DNA of 59,325 nt, filler included. It is 5 parts of 5 records of this genome, joined end to end, with 100 filler letters (N's around TTAATTAATTAA, not from the genome) between each part and the next. Parts side by side here need not be neighbours in the genome. Positions count along the whole stretch, not along the records: positions 53,426 to 59,325 come from SRR2962707_2533; 4 more parts are not named here. One strand, given 5' to 3'. Positions 53,889 to 59,325 of the stretch are shown one piece after another. Made by a program: the position numbers and the translations under genes. The notes beneath the pieces are model-generated. The model was not told the origin of the DNA and searched no databases. It saw only the letters and a program-made list of their open reading frames with translations. Within the stretch, counting starts at the first letter, position 1, and every line of letters begins with the position of its first letter.

Positions 53889-54467
53889 TTAAGCGGGGAG
53901 GGCGGCGTCAAGCAGCCCGGTGGCAATTGTTTTCGCCACTCTGGCCGCTTCGGGCATCCCGCGGACATGTGCAGTGACGATGGCACCTTCCTTAAGCAGG
54001 GCGAGTTGTTCGGCCAATGTTTCAGGATCAGTAGCCCCCGCCTTGGTGCAAAGCTTGGCAAGATAGTCGACGATTTCTTGCTTGTGCTGTTTGGCGATAC
54101 GATGGGCGGGGTGGTCGGGATCGGTAAACTCACCAGAAGCATTGATAAACGCGCAGCCAGCAAATCCCAAATCCTTGAATGCCTGCCCCCGAAACCATTT
54201 TTCCAGAGCGTCAAACAGCGACAGGAGCTGTGCGCGTGGATCGGGTGATGCTGTTTCCATCGCATTTGTCAGCCAGTCGCGAAATTGCTCATCACGTCGG
54301 GTAAGGGCGGCCAAAATCAATTCGTCTTTCGAGCCGAAATGCTTATAGAGCGTCATTTTGGCGACGCCGGATTCGGACAGGATTTTGTCGATTCCAGTCG
54401 CGTTAAAGCCCTGTTTGTAGAACAAACGCAGGGCTGTATCGACAAGTTCGTCGCGGCGCGATTTCAA
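53889..54467 (-). CDS. TetR/AcrR family regulator
   Basis: GFNATGIDKI...GVAKMTLYKHFGSKDEL; GCAF; TTG start after GGAGA. Confidence 0.93.
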   Translation of the reverse strand: MKSRRDELVDTALRLFYKQGFNATGIDKILSESGVAKMTLYKHFGSKDELILAALTRRDEQFRDWLTNAMETASPDPRAQLLSLFDALEKWFRGQAFKDLGFAGCAFINASGEFTDPDHPAHRIAKQHKQEIVDYLAKLCTKAGATDPETLAEQLALLKEGAIVTAHVRGMPEAARVAKTIATGLLDAALPA

Positions 54468-54484
54468 TTTTATATCTCCAGTAG

Positions 54485-54600
54485 TCAGACCGTTCTGTAT
54501 ATATATGTGGTATAGGGCGCAGAAAATCAACGATTTTCCAGTATGGAATGACCGTTCAAAAATTAATTTGACAAATAGACAGATCGGTCTGTATATATGT
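54485..54600. promoter_or_regulatory. Two TetR operator copies in the divergent promoter region
   Basis: TCAGACCGTTCTGTATATA (54485-) and ACAGATCGGTCTGTATATA (54579-); the second lies just downstream of TTGACA (54568-54573). Confidence 0.75.
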
Positions 54601-54644
54601 TTCCATAGTTGAGAGCTTCTCTCCACACACAAAGGAAAATGACC

Positions 54645-55193
54645 ATGACCCGTATTTCACTTCCTGCTTCTATCGATGCCGCACCGACAGGTGCCCAGCC
54701 GCTTCTTGAAGCTGTTAAAAAGCAGATTGGATCGGTTCCGAACCTGTTTCGTCTGACCGCAAACAGCCCGGCCGGTCTTGAAGGCTATCTTGGTTTGAGC
54801 GGTGCGCTGGCAAAGGGGGCGCTTGATGCCCAGACGCGTGAGCGTATTGCCCTTGCGGTTGCCCAGATCAATGGCTGTGACTATTGCCTGTCAGCGCATA
54901 CCTATATTGGTAAAAACCTTGCCAAGCTTGATGATGCCGAGATCGCGGCAAACCGGAATGGTCGTTCGACCGACGAAAAGGCGGATGCTGCTGTGCGTTT
55001 TGCCGTTGCGCTTGTACAGAGCCGCGGACAGGTCGGAAAAGACGATGTCAAAGCGGTTAAGGCGGCGGGCTACGGTGATGCTGAGCTTGTCGAGATTGTT
55101 GCCCATGTCGCCCTGAGCACCCTGACCAACTACCTCAACGAAGCCTTTGATACGCCGATTGACTTCCCGGCGGTGCATGCCGCTGCTGCGTAG
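54645..55193 (+). CDS. AhpD/carboxymuconolactone decarboxylase family protein
   Basis: [29 protein letters not shown]. Confidence 0.92.
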   Translation: MTRISLPASIDAAPTGAQPLLEAVKKQIGSVPNLFRLTANSPAGLEGYLGLSGALAKGALDAQTRERIALAVAQINGCDYCLSAHTYIGKNLAKLDDAEIAANRNGRSTDEKADAAVRFAVALVQSRGQVGKDDVKAVKAAGYGDAELVEIVAHVALSTLTNYLNEAFDTPIDFPAVHAAAA

Positions 55194-55302
55194 GGGTAAC
55201 CCTGCGTTCGGGAATGCCCCGGTCGATGGTTCCCCCAACCGCATTATTGCCCACAATCGACCGGGGTATCTTTTTTCGCTTCAGCATCAAGGAAACCAAA
55301 CA

Positions 55303-55767
55303 ATGTCACGACCACCGTTGCCTCCATTCACCGAAGAAACGGCCAAGCAGAAGGTCCGTATGGCCGAAGATGGCTGGAACAGCCGCGATCCTGAAAAGGT
55401 TTCTTTGGCCTATACGCCCGACAGCAAGTGGCGCAACCGCGCAGAGATTTTTCAAGGGCGTGAGAATATTGTCTCCTTCCTGACCCGCAAGTGGCAGAAA
55501 GAAATCGAGTACCGCCTGATCAAGGAGCTTTGGGCATTTCATGAAAACCGCATCGCGGTGCGATTTGCCTATGAATACAGCGACGATAGCGGCAACTGGT
55601 TCCGGGCCTATGGCAATGAGAACTGGGAATTTGATGAGGACGGTCTGATGCGCCATCGCGTCGCATCGATCAATGACAAGCCTATCACCAACGCAGAACG
55701 CTTGTTCCACTGGCCGCTTGGCCGTCGCCCCGATGATCATTCGGGACTTTCCGAGCTTGGTTTGTAG
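55303..55767 (+). CDS. DUF1348 (SnoaL/NTF2-like) protein
   Basis: [30 protein letters not shown]. Confidence 0.92.
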   Translation: MSRPPLPPFTEETAKQKVRMAEDGWNSRDPEKVSLAYTPDSKWRNRAEIFQGRENIVSFLTRKWQKEIEYRLIKELWAFHENRIAVRFAYEYSDDSGNWFRAYGNENWEFDEDGLMRHRVASINDKPITNAERLFHWPLGRRPDDHSGLSELGL

Positions 55768-55895
55768 TCGCCGAAGACCTCCTTCCGCCAGGTATTGATG
55801 CCCGACAAGCTAGCGGCGGATCTGTTTCTACACCGGCATGCATTACGGCGCGCCCCTGACGTTGCCGTGCCTGTCGGGCGCAAAGGATTTTGAAC

Positions 55896-55976
55896 ATGAT
55901 TGTCAAATATGTTGTCTTTTCGATCACATCGACGACCGTGCTTTTTGTGTCGACCCTCCTGACCCTTACGCCCTGA
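55896..55976 (+). CDS. Candidate 26-aa hydrophobic small protein
   Basis: AAAGGA RBS then MIVKYVVFSITSTTVLFVSTLLTLTP*, followed by a terminator. Confidence 0.45.
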   Translation: MIVKYVVFSITSTTVLFVSTLLTLTP

Positions 55977-56008
55977 GGTCAGTTTCGAATGCCTCCCTGA
56001 AAAACGCG

Positions 56009-56035
56009 AACGGGGCCGTAATGGCCCCGTTTTTG
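56009..56035. terminator. Intrinsic terminator
   Basis: AACGGGGCC-gtaat-GGCCCCGTTTTT. Confidence 0.8.
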
Positions 56036-56065
56036 TTGCGCTATCACGAATTATTCCGCAATGGA

Positions 56066-56932
56066 TCAGGCGGCCAAAGCTGCTTTCACGTACGCTTCAA
56101 CGGACTGTGCCGGACGTCCAAGCAGGCGTTCGATATCCTTGCTGACGGTTTCGTAATCGCCCTTTTTCGCACCGACATAAAGACCGGCCAGGGCTTCGAC
56201 CAGATGATAGGGCAGGCCGAGGCTTGTGAGAATGCCAGTGTGGATTTCTGCGGGTAGGTCGACATGACTGACCGGTTTGCCGGTCGCCGCGGCGATGTAG
56301 CTTGCGATTTCGGCATGGGTGATGGCCTTGCCACCGGTCAGGTCATAGGTCGCATTGATGTGATTTTCCGGGGTGGCAAGCACGACGGCGGCGGCTTCTG
56401 CCAGATCATTGCGCGGGATGTAGGTGATTTTTGCATCGCCCGCCGGGGCGCCAAAATCGCCGGTTTCAAGCGCGTGGGGGACGCCTGCCAGCAACAGGTC
56501 GGCATAGAAACTGTTGCGCAAGATGGTGTAAGCGACGCCGGTTTGGCGGATGTAGTTTTCGGTATCAAGGTGAATGGCCGAATAGGTGAAATCGGCATCG
56601 GCTTTGGGGTCGATGATGCTGGTATAGACCAGATGTTTGACTCCGGCGGCCTTGGCGGCATCAACCGCAGTGCGGTGTTGGGCTATGCGCGTGGCATTGT
56701 CGGCTTCACCCGAAATGATCAGGGCGGTGTCAATATCCTTGAAGGCCGCGGTCATCAAAGCAAGGTCATCAAAGTCGCCATGCCGGACGTCAATGCCCTT
56801 GGCCGCCAGATCATCGGCCTTGGATGGTGTGCGGACACTGACCGCGATGTCGCTTGCGGGGATGCGGTTAAGCAGGTGCGTGACAACGAGGCTGCCGAGC
56901 TGACCGGTGGCGCCGGTAATCAATGTTTTCAT
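56066..56932 (-). CDS. NmrA-like/QOR2 (YtfG-like) NAD(P)H-binding oxidoreductase
   Basis: ITGATGQLG, AAKAAGVKHLVYTS, ILRNSFY, DLAEAAA. Confidence 0.92.
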   Translation of the reverse strand: MKTLITGATGQLGSLVVTHLLNRIPASDIAVSVRTPSKADDLAAKGIDVRHGDFDDLALMTAAFKDIDTALIISGEADNATRIAQHRTAVDAAKAAGVKHLVYTSIIDPKADADFTYSAIHLDTENYIRQTGVAYTILRNSFYADLLLAGVPHALETGDFGAPAGDAKITYIPRNDLAEAAAVVLATPENHINATYDLTGGKAITHAEIASYIAAATGKPVSHVDLPAEIHTGILTSLGLPYHLVEALAGLYVGAKKGDYETVSKDIERLLGRPAQSVEAYVKAALAA

Positions 56933-57037
56933 TTTGTATTCTCCGATGGGTGGTGGTCAGGCTATCGCCTGTTCATGGGAGAAATCTGGACCGAATAACG
57001 CATATGATCAATTCGATGGGTGTGATAATATATATGC

Positions 57038-57952
57038 ATGAATATCGATGAATTAGATCTTGATTACCGGTTGCTGCGTTTGTTTCTGACGATCTATGAC
57101 GAAGGATCGGTGACAGGGGCGGCAAACCGTCTTGGTGTTGGGCAACCGACGGTCAGCCACGGGCTGGACCGGTTGCGTCAGATTATTGGTGATCCGTTGT
57201 TTGTGCGGTCGGGGCGGAGCATTTCACCAACCGCCCATGCCGATGAAATGGCGGTGCGGGTCCGCGCCTTATTGCAAGACATGCGTAATCTGACGCGGGT
57301 GGGGGCATTTGATCCACAAAACCCGGATCATGGCGCACGTTTTGTTTTGGGCACCAATGATTACGAGGTGGCGGTTATCTTGCCGGCCTTAATAAAGCGC
57401 ATTCGATCCTGTGCGGCGGACATAAGGCTTAAGGTTGTGCCGGTGACGGGTGGGGAGCAGGTCGTCGAACTACTGCGCGAGGGCAAGCTTGATCATGCGA
57501 TTTGCCTTCAGCTTACGGGCAAGTTTGGCGATATCGCCCAGCAAGTCCTGTTGAGTGAGCATATGAGCTGTTTTTATGATGCGGCGTTTCATCCAGTACC
57601 ACCTGATACAGCTGATCGGTTTTGTGCCGCTTCCCACGCGCGCGTGATGCTGGGAAACAATGATACATCGGCGGTCGATGACGTGTTGCACGCCCAAGGC
57701 CGATCACGCCGAACGGTGTTGCAGGTGTCAAACTTTGCCAGTGTCGCCAGTTTGATGCGCGGTACAGATGTGATTGCGACCTTGCCGTCGCGTCTGGCCG
57801 GGGGCGTTATGCAGGGATTTGGCCAGTGCGATTTTCCGTTTGATTTCGCGGCCTATAAATTCAGCCAGAGCTGGCATGTCCGCAATGCGGAAAACGCCGC
57901 GCATAAATGGTTGCGCGGCGAGATTTTCAGGATTGCCAAACGGTTGTCTTAA
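57038..57952 (+). CDS. LysR family regulator (NodD/LeuO-like subgroup)
   Basis: LDYRLLRLF...SVTGAANRLGVGQPTVSHGLDRLR...DPLFVR; divergent from the oxidoreductase. Confidence 0.93.
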   Translation: MNIDELDLDYRLLRLFLTIYDEGSVTGAANRLGVGQPTVSHGLDRLRQIIGDPLFVRSGRSISPTAHADEMAVRVRALLQDMRNLTRVGAFDPQNPDHGARFVLGTNDYEVAVILPALIKRIRSCAADIRLKVVPVTGGEQVVELLREGKLDHAICLQLTGKFGDIAQQVLLSEHMSCFYDAAFHPVPPDTADRFCAASHARVMLGNNDTSAVDDVLHAQGRSRRTVLQVSNFASVASLMRGTDVIATLPSRLAGGVMQGFGQCDFPFDFAAYKFSQSWHVRNAENAAHKWLRGEIFRIAKRLS

Positions 57953-59226
57953 GCCGGCTTGCGCCCAGTGATGGCCACCCCGCCGACCCAGCGTGTGCCG
58001 GTGAAGTTATCGAGGTAGTTGCGCTGTCCGGCCAATGTTTCGCGCCCTGTGTCGGTCAGGGTGAAAGTGCGTTCGGCCCAGTTCGCATCCCTGTCATCGG
58101 ATGTGATGGTGAAAAGGGGATCGACGCAGGTCATCATCCGTTGCACATCGGCCCAGAACATCAAATCACCGAGATAGGGCAAAGGGTCATAGGTGCGCAT
58201 CATGTGGCCGAAGGTCTTGCCGACCGTGATGGGGCCGTGGTCCGCAATGATTTGCAGGGTCAGTTTCTGTGTCAGGCCAAGTCCGGTTTTGGGATCGGGT
58301 AGTTCGGCATGGTGGCGTTTTAGGGCGGTGATCATATGGGGCAGGGGGCCGGGACCCGATGTGATGAAGTCGGTCAAAAGATCGGGGGTTGGGGACCGCA
58401 CCGCCTGCCAGGCCTTGCTGCCAAAGGCCAGCATGGCATCGGTGACGGGGGCCCGATGATTTTCCCAGCACCAGATCAGAAGTTCGGGGGATAGTTGCCC
58501 TATACCGATGAAGCGTTCAACGCCAGGGACGGTGCCGACGGAGATTACCTCAAGCCGGGTATCGGGTCGGGTGGTTTTGATGAAATCGATCAGGAAGGCC
58601 AAGATTAACTGGTCGTAACTGTCATGTTCGAACCACAGGACCACATGGTCATACTCGCCGAGCGTTGCCAGTGCGCCATATTCGCGTTTGGCCCGTGCCA
58701 GCGCATCTTTGGGGACGATATCGTAAGCCGTGGCGATAAAATCCGCGCGGGTTTGAACGAACTGGTCAAGGGGAAGGTCCGGGACTGGTCCCTGACAGAA
58801 CGGATCGGCAAATTCGAGGAAGGCGCCTTTGAACCCTGCAATCTGAAGACCGTGACGGATGTCTGATCCGCAGCGCAGATGCAGGGTTTTATCTGTATCC
58901 AGTGTTGCCGAGGTGCCATTTTTGATCTGGCGGTTGCGTTCGGCAATCTGATCGATATGCGCCTTCATCTTCGGCCAGCTGGCAAAGCCGTTTTCGCGTG
59001 CGATGACCCATTGGGCATCGGCCAGTTTGATGTCAGAAATTGTCTGGGGCGTCGGGGTGAAACCGGCCTTTTCAAACCGTGCGACGGCATCGCCGGTTTT
59101 GGTGCCAAGCGCGCGCAAAAGGTCCTTGGCGCGTTTGCGTTGCTGTTCAAGATTAAGGCGGCCATCAAAGACCGGGCTTTTGGCAGGTTTGGTATTTTTG
59201 GATTTCGATGTGCGTGATGCAGACAT
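57949..59226 (-). CDS. DUF1835-domain protein with an N-terminal helical module
   Basis: LHLRCGSD, DPFCQGPV, VLWFEHDSYDQL, GQLSPE, YLGD, RWVGGV; N-terminal NLEQQRKRAKDLL...LADAQWVIARENGFASWPKMK. Confidence 0.82.
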   Translation of the reverse strand: MSASRTSKSKNTKPAKSPVFDGRLNLEQQRKRAKDLLRALGTKTGDAVARFEKAGFTPTPQTISDIKLADAQWVIARENGFASWPKMKAHIDQIAERNRQIKNGTSATLDTDKTLHLRCGSDIRHGLQIAGFKGAFLEFADPFCQGPVPDLPLDQFVQTRADFIATAYDIVPKDALARAKREYGALATLGEYDHVVLWFEHDSYDQLILAFLIDFIKTTRPDTRLEVISVGTVPGVERFIGIGQLSPELLIWCWENHRAPVTDAMLAFGSKAWQAVRSPTPDLLTDFITSGPGPLPHMITALKRHHAELPDPKTGLGLTQKLTLQIIADHGPITVGKTFGHMMRTYDPLPYLGDLMFWADVQRMMTCVDPLFTITSDDRDANWAERTFTLTDTGRETLAGQRNYLDNFTGTRWVGGVAITGRKPA

Positions 59227-59230
59227 ACGA

Positions 59231-59325
59231 TTCCCCTGATCATAACGCCTGTGTCCGCTAAACAGGCAAGGAAACCGTGTGTTTCGTAATGTCGAACCGG
59301 GCGCAGCCCTTTCCGCGGACGGGGT
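59231..59325 (-). ncRNA. Candidate structured cis-regulatory leader RNA (5' end may lie outside the window)
   Basis: Hairpin GCCUGU/ACAGGC whose loop GCGGAC is complementary to upstream GUCCGC; additional stems; ends about 10 nt before the AGGGGA RBS. Confidence 0.6.

Noticed and set aside
58965-59243. 92-aa ORF starting within the leader of the DUF1835 gene
   Set aside because: Out-of-frame overlap with no RBS of its own; the AGGGGA RBS serves the ATG at 59226.
59291-59309. GGGCUG...GGUUCGAC resemblance to the tmRNA 5' end or a tRNA T-loop
   Set aside because: No matching acceptor strand, CCA or tag reading frame is visible; the segment fits better as part of the leader structure.

Overview
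This window is not one locus. It is five contigs joined by 100-nt N spacers, each carrying a TTAATTAATTAA linker (17617-17716, 34589-34688, 41315-41414, 53326-53425). Gene content and composition suggest at least four marine bacteria (taxon labels are impressions, not database results). (1) 1-17616, Marinobacter-like accessory/stress mosaic: katG end, MarR-hydrolase, NhaP-type antiporter, SoxR/MerR-type promoter, NAT, pirin, AraC/LysR regulators, cytochrome P460 with a Crp-family regulator, MgtE-like, YbiI, and two gene remnants. (2) 17717-34588, Rhizobiales core: nuoH-N, birA, RNase J, mce, proS, lolE/D, dnaE. (3) 34689-41314, Marinobacter-like glucosylglycerate cluster, selO, ampG. (4) 41415-53325, Rhodobacteraceae core: trkAH, hfq, hflX, penicillin acylase, hemB, mfd. 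(5) 53426-59325, Thalassospira-like: rnd end, TetR-AhpD-DUF1348, NmrA/LysR, DUF1835. The most interesting signals are absent from the ORF track: a pseudoknotted leader RNA in front of the DUF1835 gene; a 28-aa LexA-boxed SidA-like peptide before dnaE; an alpha-r9-like sRNA next to proS with a Pho-box-like repeat; a class II Crp/CooA-type promoter linking a CxHxH Crp regulator to cytochrome P460; an FMN reductase collapsed to 28 codons behind a 19-bp-spacer SoxR-type promoter; and a 26-aa hydrophobic sORF with a structured leader. No CRISPR array, rRNA, tRNA or transposase was seen.
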